Shown: positions 49,463 to 60,626 of the stretch, one piece after another
Numbering within the stretch: the first letter of the stretch is position 1
Layout of the letters: the number at the start of each line of letters is the position of its first letter
Assembly: GCA_020348925.1 (NCBI GenBank)
Contig: CP070758.1
Location: forward strand, 3,301,688 to 3,365,687
DNA length: 64,000 nt
Source: Gemmatimonadota bacterium
GTDB taxonomy: Bacteria; JBHIER01; G020348925
Reading direction: 5' to 3'
The notes under the pieces: model-generated
Database searches by the model: none
Told to the model about the DNA's origin: nothing
What the model saw: only the letters and a program-made list of their open reading frames with translations
Translations under genes and position numbers: made by a program

Positions 49463-50725
49463 ATGAAGGGGAGAATTCAGAAAGTCTTGTTGCTGATATG
49501 CGTGATTATGATTGTCGGAAGCGCGCTTCACCAGGTTTCATCCGAAACACTTGACTCACTCATTGGAGAAGCCTTGGAGAAGAATCCGGAAATCCTGGCA
49601 GCGAATGAGAGGTGGCAAGCCACACAGGCCAGGGTACCACAAGTGAGCGCATTACCGAACCCTCAGCTCATGTTCGGTATCCGAAATGCGGGGTTTGATG
49701 AATTTACCCTTGGCGAAGATCCAATGAGCATGGTGGGTGTAACAGCGGCCCAGATGATCCCGTTCCCGGGCAAGTTGTCGCTCCGAGGGAAGATTGTGGG
49801 TGTGGAAACCGAACGGCAGAAAGAACTGCTCAATGCAGCACGATTCGGTGTCATTTCCAGTTTAAAAGTGGCGTACTTTGGTCTCTTCTTCGTGCACAAA
49901 TCAATTGAGGTCATTGGTAAAGATAAAGACATCCTGGAAAAATTTGCGCAGATTGCCGAGGCCAAATATGCGGTGGGGGAAGGTATTCAGCAAGATGTTT
50001 TAAAGGCTCAGGTTGAGGTCTCGAGGCTGATTGAGAGGTCGACCGATCTGGAGCAGGAAAAGGGGCGACTTGAGGCGGAGATAAACGCACTCCTCAACCG
50101 TCCCCCTTACGAACCTTTGGGGAAACCGGACGAACTGAAGCAATCCATTTTTCAAAAGGGGCTGGGAGAATTAAACGCGATGGCCCTCGAGAGTTCACCC
50201 CGTCTGCTGGCCGCCCAACTGGCCATAGACAGGAACAGTTCCGCCCTCTCCCTGGCCAGACGAGAGTACTATCCTGATTTCACTCTGAAGGCAGGATGGT
50301 TCAATCGTCAGGACGGGTTCAGAGATATCTGGGATTTCAACATCGGGGTGGAAGTACCTCTTTACTTTGGCAGGAAAGAACGGTACGGGATCAAGGAGGC
50401 GGAACTCAATCTCAATTCGGCTCGCCAGAATTATGAGGCGACAAAGCAGGATGTTCTATTCAAGGTGAGAGATCATTATATCGTCGCCCAGACGGCCGAC
50501 AAGCTTATAAAACTTTACAGTACCGGCATTATCCCCCAGGCCAGTCTATCGCTGGAATCGGCAATTGCCGGCTATGAGGTGGGGAAAGTGGATTTCCTGA
50601 CGCTGCTCAATAATCTCATCACGCTGCTCAATTATGAATTGAAATATTACGAGGAACTGGTTCGTTTTGAAAAGGCTCTTGCACGGCTGGAGGAAGTCGT
50701 GGGTGCGAGTATTATAGAATATTAG
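49463..50725 (+). CDS. TolC-family outer membrane efflux protein (CusC-like)
   Basis: ALEKNPEI, IPFPGKL, D.LKAQVE, YEVGK.DFL.LL; precedes RND adaptor. Confidence 0.9.
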   Translation: MKGRIQKVLLLICVIMIVGSALHQVSSETLDSLIGEALEKNPEILAANERWQATQARVPQVSALPNPQLMFGIRNAGFDEFTLGEDPMSMVGVTAAQMIPFPGKLSLRGKIVGVETERQKELLNAARFGVISSLKVAYFGLFFVHKSIEVIGKDKDILEKFAQIAEAKYAVGEGIQQDVLKAQVEVSRLIERSTDLEQEKGRLEAEINALLNRPPYEPLGKPDELKQSIFQKGLGELNAMALESSPRLLAAQLAIDRNSSALSLARREYYPDFTLKAGWFNRQDGFRDIWDFNIGVEVPLYFGRKERYGIKEAELNLNSARQNYEATKQDVLFKVRDHYIVAQTADKLIKLYSTGIIPQASLSLESAIAGYEVGKVDFLTLLNNLITLLNYELKYYEELVRFEKALARLEEVVGASIIEY

Positions 50726-50751
50726 ACAGAGAAAAACATGGAGGTGAAAGA

Positions 50752-52614
50752 GTGAGAAAAATTCTGGGCACGAAGGGGAGGAAAAGAGGATACGTCAAGA
50801 TCATACTGGTCTTTACAATCGCCTTTGTGCTGGGGTACATACTCAGATCATCACCACCACATCCTCCCGGAGAGCATGGAAACACTATGGTTGGAGAGAC
50901 TGAAGCCAAGGCTCGGATGTGGACGTGCTCCATGCATCCTCAAATCAAACTGCCAAACCCCGGCCAATGTCCCATCTGCTTCATGGATCTTGTGCCGTTC
51001 GAGGGGGATGAAGGAGATACTGATCATCCCAGGCAGCTTACGATGTCTGAGACGGCCAAGGCTCTGGCCGAAATCCAGACAGCTCCGGTGGTGCGTGAAC
51101 GGGTCATGAGCGCGGTCCAGATGGTCGGGAAGGTGGAATATGATGAGACGCGACTGGCCAACATCACTGCTTGGGTACCCGGACGCATTGACAGTTTGTA
51201 TGTGGACTACACCGGTATCTCTGTTGAAGTTGGTGATCCCATGGTCTCCATATACAGCCCGGATTTGGTATCCACGCAGAAAGAGCTTCTTCAAGCAATT
51301 GACGGCGAGAAGAAGGTGAGTGGGAGTACTATAGAGGAGATTCAAAAGATGGCCACCTCCCTTCGACTGGCTGCTGAGGAGAGACTCAGGCTGTGGGGGC
51401 TCAGTACCGAGCAGATTGACGAGATCAAGGGGAGGGGAAAGGTTGTTGACCATACCACCATCAGGGCGCCTGTCGGTGGTGTCGTCATCGAAAAGCAGGG
51501 TTTTGAGGGGATGTATGTCCAAACGGGCACCCCTCTATACACAATCGCCGATCTCTCGCAGGTCTGGGTTTCTCTCGATGCATACGAATCTGATATGATG
51601 TGGCTTCACAGCGGACAGGATGTGGAATTTACGGCAGAGGCGTATCCGGGAGAAACTTTTCTGGGCCAGGTCGCTTTCATCGATCCCTTCCTGAATGAGA
51701 AGACGCGGACCGTCAGGCTTCGGGTGAATGTCCCCAATCCGGACGGACGTCTTAAACCCGGCATGTTCGTTCGATCACGAATACGGGCCAACATAAATGA
51801 CGGAGGGCAAGCCGTCGCTCAGGAAAAGCCGGGTGGAACTGTAGATCCCCTGGTGATACCGGCCAGTGCGCCTCTGATTACCGGCAAACGAGCGATCGTC
51901 TACGTCGAAGTTCAGGGTACGGACCGCCCGACATATGAAGGTCGGGTTGTCGAACTCGGTCCCCGGACCGACGATACCTATATCGTCAAGTCCGGTCTTC
52001 AGGAGGGCGAAATGGTTGTGGTTCGAGGTAACTTTAAAATTGATAGCGCCCTTCAGATAAAGGCAAAGCCAAGTATGATGAATCCCGAGGGGGGTGGTCC
52101 TCCTCCAATCCACAGTCACGGCACGCATACCTCGGAAAAACCAGAAGCATCCCGGCAAACCCCTGGTGCTGATGAATTCAGAAATTCCCTCTCGTCGGTA
52201 TTGTCAACATATCTTGAGACCCAGAAGGCCTTGGCTTCCGACGATCTTGCCAAGGCGAAAGGCTCACTGAAACATATCGGCCATGCTCTGGAAGCGGCAA
52301 AAATGGGCGTTCTCGAAGACGAGGCACACGTAAAATGGATGAAACTTTCAAGGAGAATCGAGTCCGCCTCGGAAGAAGCGTTTGGCACCGATGACATCGA
52401 TGTCGCTCGTCGTGCCTTTGCCACACTGTCACATGCGATTCTGGAGGTTATTCGAACTTTCGGCCGCCCCGATTCGATCGTTCTGTATGAGATCTACTGT
52501 TCGATGGCTTTTGATGGAGAGGGTGCATCCTGGGTCCAGGACAGCAAGGAAATCGCCAATCCCTATTACGGAGCCATGATGCTCAGATGCGGTGAGGTAA
52601 AGGGAGAATTTTAA
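50752..52614 (+). CDS. cusB: Heavy-metal RND periplasmic adaptor (CusB-like) with heavy-metal-binding domain and DUF3347-like C-terminus
   Basis: WTCSMHPQI...CPICFMDL, YSPDL...Q.E, TRTVR.R, LKPGMF; YC.MA...W.Q...NPYYG..ML.CG. Confidence 0.88.
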   Translation: MRKILGTKGRKRGYVKIILVFTIAFVLGYILRSSPPHPPGEHGNTMVGETEAKARMWTCSMHPQIKLPNPGQCPICFMDLVPFEGDEGDTDHPRQLTMSETAKALAEIQTAPVVRERVMSAVQMVGKVEYDETRLANITAWVPGRIDSLYVDYTGISVEVGDPMVSIYSPDLVSTQKELLQAIDGEKKVSGSTIEEIQKMATSLRLAAEERLRLWGLSTEQIDEIKGRGKVVDHTTIRAPVGGVVIEKQGFEGMYVQTGTPLYTIADLSQVWVSLDAYESDMMWLHSGQDVEFTAEAYPGETFLGQVAFIDPFLNEKTRTVRLRVNVPNPDGRLKPGMFVRSRIRANINDGGQAVAQEKPGGTVDPLVIPASAPLITGKRAIVYVEVQGTDRPTYEGRVVELGPRTDDTYIVKSGLQEGEMVVVRGNFKIDSALQIKAKPSMMNPEGGGPPPIHSHGTHTSEKPEASRQTPGADEFRNSLSSVLSTYLETQKALASDDLAKAKGSLKHIGHALEAAKMGVLEDEAHVKWMKLSRRIESASEEAFGTDDIDVARRAFATLSHAILEVIRTFGRPDSIVLYEIYCSMAFDGEGASWVQDSKEIANPYYGAMMLRCGEVKGEF

Positions 52615-52617
52615 ATC

Positions 52618-54894
52618 ATGGCGCAAAAAAACACCGGCTGGGAAAATAAGAAAATGGGACCGCTTGACCGTCTCATTGGTTTTTGCCTTGAGAACAAGAT
52701 CGTCGTGGCCCTTGTCATTCTCTTTGTGGTTACCTGGGGGATCATGGTGGCGCCATTCGACTGGAATTTCTGGGGGCTTCAGCGCAGCCCGGTGCCGGTG
52801 GATGCCATTCCTGATATCGGAGAAAATCAGCAGATCGTCTTCACCGAATGGATGGGTCGCTCCCCTCAGGATGTGGAGGATCAGATCACCTATCCCCTCA
52901 CCGTCTCGCTTCTTGGTATCCCGGGTGTGAAGACGGTGCGAAGTTTCTCCTTCTTCGGCTTCTCGAGCATCTACATCATCTTCAAGGATGACGTCGATTT
53001 CTACTGGTCCCGTTCCCGCGTTCTGGAAAAGCTTGGCAGCTTACCCGCGGGCACCCTTCCGGAGGGTGTCCAACCCACCATGGGACCGGACGCCACGGCC
53101 CTGGGACAGGTTTTCTGGTACACGCTGGAAGGGCGGGACGAGGACGGCAAGCCGACAGGAGGCTGGGATCTCAATGAGTTGAGGAGCATCCAGGACTGGT
53201 ATGTCCGCTATGCTCTCCTTTCTGCCGAGGGGGTCAGCGAGGTGGCCTCGGTCGGCGGATTTGTCCAGGAGTACCAGATCGATGTGAATCCCGATGCCAT
53301 GAGGGCAAACCGGGTGACACTGGGCGAGATCTTTAATGCGGTGCGCATGTCCAATGTTGATGTCGGAGCCCGCACCATCGAGGTCAATAATGTCGAATAC
53401 GTCATCCGGGGCTTGGGCTTTATAGAAAACATCGGTGATATTGAAAAGACGGTCGTCAAAGTAAACGCCAATATCCCGATTTCTATCAAGGATGTGGCCA
53501 CGGTGAGCCTGGGGCCGGCCTTGAGGCGGGGTGCCCTGGACAAGGAGGGAACCGAGGTCGTCGGAGGTGTTGTGGTCACCCGGTACGGCGAAAATCCCCT
53601 GGCCACCATCGGCAATGTCAAAAAGAAGATTGAGGAGATCTCCCCCGGACTGCCGAGGAGAGTGCTGCCTGACGGAAGAATATCCCAGGTCAGGATTGTA
53701 CCCTTTTACGACCGCACCGGTCTTATCTATGAAACCCTCGGCACGCTCAACACCGCCCTGACGGATGAGATCCTGGTGACGATCATCGTGGTCATCATTA
53801 TGGTCATGCATCTCGGGAGTTCTTTTCTCATCTCAGGTATTCTTCCCCTGGCCGTTCTCATGTGTTTCATCGGCATGAAGCTTTTCGGGGTGGACGCCAA
53901 TATCGTCGCCCTTTCCGGAATAGCCATCGCCATCGGGACGATCGTGGATATGGGTGTTGTCGTCAGTGAAAACATCATGAAACACCTCAAGGCGGCATTC
54001 CCGGAGGAAAACCGTCTTGAGGTCGTCCGCCGCGGCGCCTCGGAGGTCGGGGGTGCCGTGGTAACGGCAATTTCAACGACGGTGGTCAGCTTCCTGCCCG
54101 TTTTCACTATGGAAGCTGCGGAAGGGAAACTATTCAAACCACTGGCCTATACCAAGACCTTCGCCCTCATTGCTTCGGTTATTGTAGCCCTGACAATCAT
54201 TCCGTCCTTTGCTCACATCATATTCGCCGGCAGGGTCAACGGTAAAAAGCTCCGGTCAATCCTGTCCGGATTGTTGGTAGTCGCCGGGATCATCATAAGC
54301 ATCTTTCTCTCGTGGTGGGTGGGTTTTATTGTCATCCTGGTGGGAGGCTATCCCTTCTTTAAACAGAATCTGTCGGGGAAGATTCTCAAAGTTATTCCAT
54401 ACGGCGTGAATGGACTGGCTGTCATTGTTGTGGGGATTCTCCTTGCCAGGCATTGGGTGCCAATCGGTCCGGAAAAAGGACTGTTGCTGAATCTCATATT
54501 CGTGGCCCTCTTCATAGGTGGTCTCCTTATCTTTCTTCAGGTCTTTAAGCGGTTCTATGAAAGGATTCTGCGCTGGTGCCTTGTGCATAAGGTGCTCTTT
54601 CTCTCGATACCTACACTGCTGGTCATTCTGGGGGGGACCATCTGGCTGGGTTTTGACCGGGTGTTTGGATTCTTACCCGAGCGGATCAGATCAATTCCTC
54701 TGGTAACGACCGTCAGTCATACATTTCCCGGATTGGGTAAGGAGTTTATGCCTCCCCTGGATGAGGGTTCGTATCTGTTGATGCCGACGACCATGCCCCA
54801 TGCCTCCATTGGCGAATGTCTGGACGTGCTTCAGAAGCAGGATATGGCGATTCGGGCTATTCCTGAAGTGGAGAGTGTCGTGGGGAAGATAGGA
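52618..54894 (+). CDS. cusA: CusA/CzcA-family heavy-metal RND transporter (truncated by gap)
   Basis: DAIPDIGENQ, VEDQITYP, GPDATALG, GIAIAIG..VD, EGKLFKPLAYTKT, EFMPPLDEG. Confidence 0.92.
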
Positions 54895-54994
54895 NNNNNN
54901 NNNNNNNNNNNNNNNNNNNNNNNNNNNNNNNNNNNNNNNNNNNNNNNNNNNNNNNNNNNNNNNNNNNNNNNNNNNNNNNNNNNNNNNNNNNNNN
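54895..54994. other. Assembly gap (100 N placeholder)
   Basis: Run of N; both flanking genes lack hundreds of codons. Confidence 1.
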
Positions 54995-56542
54995 ATCCCT
55001 GAGCATTTTGAGGATCCGTATCATCCTGTCCGTATCCCTCGGATGAAGGCCTATCGTCGGCTCATCCAGGATGTAGAGAGTGCCCACCAGGTGGGCTCCA
55101 AGTGAGTTCGCCAGGTTGATGCGCTGCGCCTCCCCACCGGAGAGGGTTCGGGTCATCCGGTCCAAGGTGACATAATCGAGACCTATATCAATGAGGTATT
55201 CCAAACGGTTCCCGATCTCCTTGAGAAGCTGCTCCGCAATCGTCCCCTCATACTCCGTCAGTTTCAAAGTACCGAACCATTCTCGTGCTTGCGGGACTGT
55301 CATGCGGTTTATGTCAGCAATAGTTTTGTCCGCAATTTTAACGTGCAATGCCTCCTGCCGCAGCTTCGCTCCGTGGCACATCGGGCAGTCCCGCAACCCC
55401 ATATACCGTCTGGCCAGAAACCGGGCAAATTTTTTGTATCTCTTTTTCTCCAGATAATCGAAGAACTCAAAAACGCCATCGAAATCGTCGGTCCCGTGCA
55501 AGACCATATCCCTGTGCTTTTTCTTCAGTTTCTCGAAGGGCACCTCGAGGGGCACGCCGTGATTTTTGGAAAGCGTCTCCAGCTCATCCTTGAAATAGTA
55601 CCACCATTTCGATTTGGACCAGGGCTCGACGGCTCCGCCGGCCAGTGTTTTGCTTTTATCCGGGATGATGAGATCGAGATCGAAATGGAGCTTGTTGCCG
55701 AAACCGCGGCACTCGGGACAGGCTCCGTAGGGATTGTTGAAGGAGAACAGCTGCGGCGTCGGCTTTTTGTATTCGATGTGGCAATCCAGACAGACGAAGC
55801 GCTCGCTGTATCCGCGCAATTCGCCACCCTGGGCGTATACATAGGCCTGCCCGTCGCCGTTCAGAAAGGCCGTCTGGATCGAGTCGGCCAGGCGCTGTTC
55901 AATCTCCGGGCTGATGACGAGCCGATCCACCACGACAAAGAGTGTATCACATGAAGATGAATCGATGGGCGGAACCGGATCCAGGGGAAGGACCTCACCG
56001 TTGACCATGATACGGATGAATCCCTGGGACATCAAATCCTTCGCCACCTCTCTCATTGAGAGAGTCGTATCGATTTTCAAGGGGAAGAGAATCAGACATT
56101 TCGTCCCGGCTTGTAACTCCATGGTTTTATCCACCACACCCTGTACCGTCTCAGCCTTGACCTCTTTTCCACAGTTACTGCAGAACGTCCTCCCGATCCG
56201 GGCCCACAGCAGGCGCAAGTAGTCGTAAACTTCCGTCGCCGTCCCGACGGTGGAGCGGGACGTCTTGACCGGGTTCTTCTGCTCGATGGCGATGGCCGGA
56301 TTGATCCCTTCGATGGCGTCGACGTCCGGCTTGTCCATCCGCTCCAAGAACTGTTTGGCGTACGTCGACAGCGACTCCACGTATCGCCGTTGTCCCTCGG
56401 CGTAGAGCGTGTCAAAGGCCAGTGAAGACTTCCCCGATCCGCTCACCCCGGTGATCACCGTCAGGGTATTGCGCGGAATCTCGATATCCAGATTCTTCAG
56501 ATTATGCTGCCTGGCCCCTTTTATGCGGATGGCGTTCGTCAT
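54995..56542 (-). CDS. uvrA: Excinuclease ABC subunit A (3' half lost in gap)
   Basis: GARQHNLKN, GVSGSGKSSLAFDT, FSFNNP.GAC..C.G, TLSGGEAQRI, LDEPTIGLH. Confidence 0.95.
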
Positions 56543-56711
56543 CTTTTCTGCGACATCCTGTCTCAATAAGAGTTCACTTGAAATTCGTAACTCATCGAAT
56601 GTTAATTGTACCACAAGAATTTGTCATTCTGGGGAGCTCCGTGCCGTTGCACAGGGTACATATCCTGTGCGATCAATACCTATGTAATCAAATGGAATAA
56701 AACCGACCGTA

Positions 56712-57620
56712 TTACGCTCTTTTTGCAATCGGCTCCGGCTCTCTGCCCTGTATCACCCTTGTATACGGTTCCACATCATGGTCCAGCCACACGTTACCGC
56801 CGATAATCGATCCCTTCCCGATGCGGACACGACCCAAGATTGTCGTGCCGGAGTAAATGATGACGTCTTCCTCGATGATGGGATGGCGGGGGATGCCTTT
56901 GACCAATCTACCGTTCTTATCTTTGGGAAAACTTTTTGCCCCGAGAGTGACCTGTTGATACAGCCGCACATTTTTTCCAATGACACATGTCTCGCCGATA
57001 ACTGTGCCCGTTCCATGATCGATAAAGAACCGCTCCCCGATCTCCGCCCCCGGGTGAATGTCGATCCCTGTCTGGGAGTGGGCCATCTCCGTAATAATCC
57101 TGGGGATGATCTCCATATCTTGAAGATGAAGCTCGTGGGCGATGCGATAATTGGTCACGGCCCGAATGCTCGGATAACAGAAAATCGTCTCCCCTGGACT
57201 CTTGGCAGCCGGATCTCCCTCATAGGCCGCCACCACATCGGTCGCCACCAAGCTTCGAATCTTCGGCAGTGTTTGGAGAAAGGCTTGAGTCTGTCCTTGA
57301 GCTTTGGTTTCACAATCCAGACATTTCTCCGGATCTTCAGCAGTGCACATGAAACAGTAGCCCCTCTTTATCTGCTCGGCCAGGAGCCTCTGCACCTTAC
57401 CCAGATTTGAGCCTGTCGAAAACGGCATCGTCTCCGGCATAATCTCAGAATCATGAAAGAATCCGGGAAAGAGCACCGCTCTCAAACGCTCCACGATCTC
57501 CGACAAGAGTTCAATGGACGGCATGGAGGCCCCGTGCGACGGCCGATGATAGACCGTCTCGTACGATTCAGGACGGCACAGTTCATCGACGACTTTCTTC
57601 AGAATGTTTTCATCTCTCAT
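56712..57620 (-). CDS. cysE: Serine O-acetyltransferase (long EpsC-type CysE)
   Basis: DPAA, YRIAH, GIDIHPGA.IG..FFIDHGTG.VIGET, RHP. Confidence 0.92.
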   Translation of the reverse strand: MRDENILKKVVDELCRPESYETVYHRPSHGASMPSIELLSEIVERLRAVLFPGFFHDSEIMPETMPFSTGSNLGKVQRLLAEQIKRGYCFMCTAEDPEKCLDCETKAQGQTQAFLQTLPKIRSLVATDVVAAYEGDPAAKSPGETIFCYPSIRAVTNYRIAHELHLQDMEIIPRIITEMAHSQTGIDIHPGAEIGERFFIDHGTGTVIGETCVIGKNVRLYQQVTLGAKSFPKDKNGRLVKGIPRHPIIEEDVIIYSGTTILGRVRIGKGSIIGGNVWLDHDVEPYTRVIQGREPEPIAKRA

Positions 57621-57650
57621 ACCTGCTCCTGTGTTCTTGATTTTGTCTAC

Positions 57651-57826
57651 ACAACCCCCTCAATCCCCCTTTGATAAGTGGGACTTCTTCGTGAGAAGCT
57701 CCTTTTACAATTGGGACTTGTTCGCGGGAAATCCCTTTCAGATGGGGGACTTTTAGTGCGATTGCCCATTTCATAAGCGTGACTCCAAATGTCCCCCCTA
57801 TCAAGGGGGGGACGACAGGGGGGTGT
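57651..57826. repeat. Cluster of REP-like hairpin units, left flank of DUF559 gene
   Basis: ACAACCCCCTCAATCCCCCTTTGATAAGTGGGACTT, two degenerate units ending GGGACTT, inverted unit GTCCCCCCTATCAAGGGGGGGACGACAGGGGGGTGT. Confidence 0.85.
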
Positions 57827-57830
57827 CAAA

Positions 57831-58220
57831 TTATTCACTATTCAAATTCTTACCTTTCTGTCTTTCATTCCTCTCTATCCAGTGCTCGATCATTGCAATA
57901 ACGCCTGGAAGATTATGCCTGACGTCACTTTCAAGAAAGCGTAAAAACCGAAAACCTTGTTTCTCAATTTCAGTCTGTCGAATCTTATCGCGCTCAAGCC
58001 GCTCATCATGGCTAACCCCATCAACCTCAACAGCAAGACTGAGGCGCGGACAGTAAAAATCTACAATATAGTCACCGATCGGCTTCTGACGAGTGAATTG
58101 ATACCCTTTGATCTTTCTGCCTTTCAATTCCTGCCAGAGTATTGCTTCAGCCAGTGTTCCACTCTTCCGCAATTTTCGGGCGAAATGCTTAAGTTTAGGA
58201 TTGTAGTGTGTTCGAACCAT
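57831..58220 (-). CDS. DUF559 / Vsr-like (PD-(D/E)xK) endonuclease domain protein
   Basis: ARKLRK..T.AE..LW..L...F.RQ.PI..YIVDFYC...VEVDG..H...D..R...G.RFLRF. Confidence 0.9.
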   Translation of the reverse strand: MVRTHYNPKLKHFARKLRKSGTLAEAILWQELKGRKIKGYQFTRQKPIGDYIVDFYCPRLSLAVEVDGVSHDERLERDKIRQTEIEKQGFRFLRFLESDVRHNLPGVIAMIEHWIERNERQKGKNLNSE

Positions 58221-58225
58221 TTTTT

Positions 58226-58335
58226 ACAACCCCCTCAATCCCCCTGTTATAAGGGGGACTTGTGGTGTGGTCGCATTTTTCATAGGTCTAACATCCAATT
58301 GTCCCCCCTATCAAGGGGGGACGACAGGGGGGTGT
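58226..58335. repeat. Cluster of REP-like hairpin units, right flank of DUF559 gene
   Basis: ACAACCCCCTCAATCCCCCTGTTATAAGGGGGACTT ... GTCCCCCCTATCAAGGGGGGACGACAGGGGGGTGT; direct repeat of the left flank. Confidence 0.85.
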
Positions 58336-58391
58336 TGCGTACAGCTTTTTCTTCTCAGGTAAGTTCCACCTTGTCCTTCTGAAATTCAACC

Positions 58392-59003
58392 TCAAGCTTC
58401 ACAGAAGTGCTTCTCCTTGTACTCCTCCAGAAGCTCTCTCGCCTCCTCTTTACATCCCCCGCAGCCGGTCCCAATCTTGGTCATCTCCTGAAGCTCGTAA
58501 AAGGTCCGCGCGCCCTCGAGCACGGCGTGCTCGATATCCTGGTCGGTCACTCCCATGCACTGACACACGACCCGCGCCTCCTCCTGACGCACCTTCTCCT
58601 CCATCCCGTGGCGCCGATAATAGTCGTTGATGGCCAAACGCAGAGCCTTGTCGCCCAGAACGGAACAGTGAATCTTGTGGTCCGGTAAGCCGCCCAGCTC
58701 CTTGTTGATCTCCTTGGCCGAGAGATTGTACGCATCATCCAGTTTCATACCCTTGACCATCTCGGACATGACGGAGGTACTGGCAATGGCGCTGGCGCAG
58801 CCGAAGGTTTTCCACTTGCAGTCGGTGATGACGCCACGCTCCGCATCGACCTTGATGACGACCATCATCTCATCGCCGCATTTGACGTTGCCCGTCACAC
58901 CTTTTCCGTCATGCTCGTATTCGTCCTCATTCACGAGGATGTTCTTGGGGTTCATGAAATGTTCTTTGACTTTTTCGGTATATGCCCACTCCGGTCCGGC
59001 CAT
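58392..59003 (-). CDS. iscU: IscU/NifU-type Fe-S scaffold fused to BFD-like [2Fe-2S] domain
   Basis: Y.EKV.EHF.NP.N, CGD, FGCASA, KIHCS; C-terminal VCQC...TGCGGC; AAGGAG SD before ATG 59003. Confidence 0.88.
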   Translation of the reverse strand: MAGPEWAYTEKVKEHFMNPKNILVNEDEYEHDGKGVTGNVKCGDEMMVVIKVDAERGVITDCKWKTFGCASAIASTSVMSEMVKGMKLDDAYNLSAKEINKELGGLPDHKIHCSVLGDKALRLAINDYYRRHGMEEKVRQEEARVVCQCMGVTDQDIEHAVLEGARTFYELQEMTKIGTGCGGCKEEARELLEEYKEKHFCEA

Positions 59004-59005
59004 GC

Positions 59006-60190
59006 TCAACTCCTTGTATAGACAGTTGACATCTCTCTGATTCTTTCAATCACACGAGGCAGGACCTCCAGCACGTACTCCACGTCCTCCATCGTGTTTT
59101 CGCGCCCCATACTGATGCGTATCGACCCGTGCGCCCACTCCATAGGGAGTCCTGTGGCCAGTATCACGTGCGAGGGATCCAGCGATCCCGTAGCGCAGGC
59201 GGAGCCTGTCGAGACGGCAATTCCTTCCAGATCGAGATAGAGGAGAATGGCCTCCCCCTCAGCCCCTTCAAAGGAGACATTGAGTGTGCCCGGCAGACAG
59301 TCCGTCGGGTGCCCGACGAAGTGCACATCCGGTATCTTCTCCTCGATGCCCTTTCTTAAAAGTGCCTTCAACTCCAGGAGTCGCTTCTCCTCAGGCTCCA
59401 TCTCCACGGATCGCATTTCCAGCGCCTTGCCAAAACCGACGATCCCCAGCGTATTCTCCGTCCCGGCCCTTCTGCCCCGCTCCTGATGTCCCCCCCGTAT
59501 CAAGGGACAGAAGGGTGCTCCAGTCCTGATATAGAGTGCCCCGACACCTTTCGGCCCGTAAATCTTATGGCCTGACAGGGTCAGGAAATCCACGTCCAGC
59601 TCCCGAACATCCACCGGTATCTTCCCCACGGCCTGGACGGCGTCAGTATGAAACAGGGCCCCGTGCTTATGGACAAGCCTCGCCATCGCCTCAATATCCT
59701 GTATGGTACCAATTTCATTATTGGCCATCATGACCGACACGAGTCTCGTCCGTTCCGAAATCATACCTTCCAATTGCCCGATATCGATCTTGCCATGCTC
59801 ATCCACGTCGAGATAGAGGACATCGACACCGCGTTCGTTCAGACATTTTGATGTCTCAAGAATGCAGGGATGCTCGATCTTCGTCGTAATAATCTCATTG
59901 GCACCCTGATATTTGTGTTCGCACGCTTTCGACTGGCAGGAAATAATCGACAACACGGCGTTGTTGGCCTCCGACCCGCTCCCGACAAACACGATCTCCT
60001 CCGGTTTCGCGCCGATAAAGGAGGCGACGCGGTCCCGCGCCGACTCGACAAGCTGCCTCGCCCCTCTGCCGAAGTCGTGAAGACTGGAAGGGTTCCCATA
60101 AACATCCATGGCCTCGCTCATCGCTTTTCTTACCTCAGGATGCAGGGGCGTTGTCGCATTGTTATCCATATAGATCTTTCTCACAGCCAT
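59006..60190 (-). CDS. iscS: Cysteine desulfurase (IscS/NifS group I)
   Basis: YMDNNATT, NNEIG, HTDAVQ, SGHKIYGPKG, STGSAC. Confidence 0.94.
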   Translation of the reverse strand: MAVRKIYMDNNATTPLHPEVRKAMSEAMDVYGNPSSLHDFGRGARQLVESARDRVASFIGAKPEEIVFVGSGSEANNAVLSIISCQSKACEHKYQGANEIITTKIEHPCILETSKCLNERGVDVLYLDVDEHGKIDIGQLEGMISERTRLVSVMMANNEIGTIQDIEAMARLVHKHGALFHTDAVQAVGKIPVDVRELDVDFLTLSGHKIYGPKGVGALYIRTGAPFCPLIRGGHQERGRRAGTENTLGIVGFGKALEMRSVEMEPEEKRLLELKALLRKGIEEKIPDVHFVGHPTDCLPGTLNVSFEGAEGEAILLYLDLEGIAVSTGSACATGSLDPSHVILATGLPMEWAHGSIRISMGRENTMEDVEYVLEVLPRVIERIREMSTVYTRS

Positions 60191-60626
60191 AGTCCTCTCC
60201 TTCGTACAATGTCCGATCCGCGTCTTTGTGTCAAGCTCCCCTCACGGTATTCCCTCTAAAATTTTCCCACACAAAATCGTCAGTACACTAATTTAATGTT
60301 TAAATTCATCAATTCAATCCCATTCTTGTCGCCGATGACCCACAGGCTGGTTCGATCGTACCGACTCTTTCGAGTCAATTTATACCTTGCATTCAAAGTA
60401 AAGGCGGGCTATTTTCAAAACGACAACCTGTCGCGGTAGGGCGCAATGGAAAAGGCGCAGCGCATAAGGAGATCAGGGCATCGGGGGGAAGCAGAGCATC
60501 AGCGGATCGGAGGGAACACATGTGCGATCAGGGTTGCGGAGCCTGCCCCGTCGGATACTCAATCCCGCGCGACAAAATATTATCGCTCCGCTGATAGGGT
60601 GATCTGTTCCACATTTTTCCGAGACG

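Noticed and set aside
57651..58335. CRISPR interpretation of the hairpin repeats
   Set aside because: Units are degenerate, in mixed orientation, irregularly spaced, and there are no cas genes.
60420..60620. Possible structured leader before the patatin gene (ATCAGCGGA/TCCGCTGAT)
   Set aside because: Only a few GC-rich pairings, with no second copy or known motif to support it.
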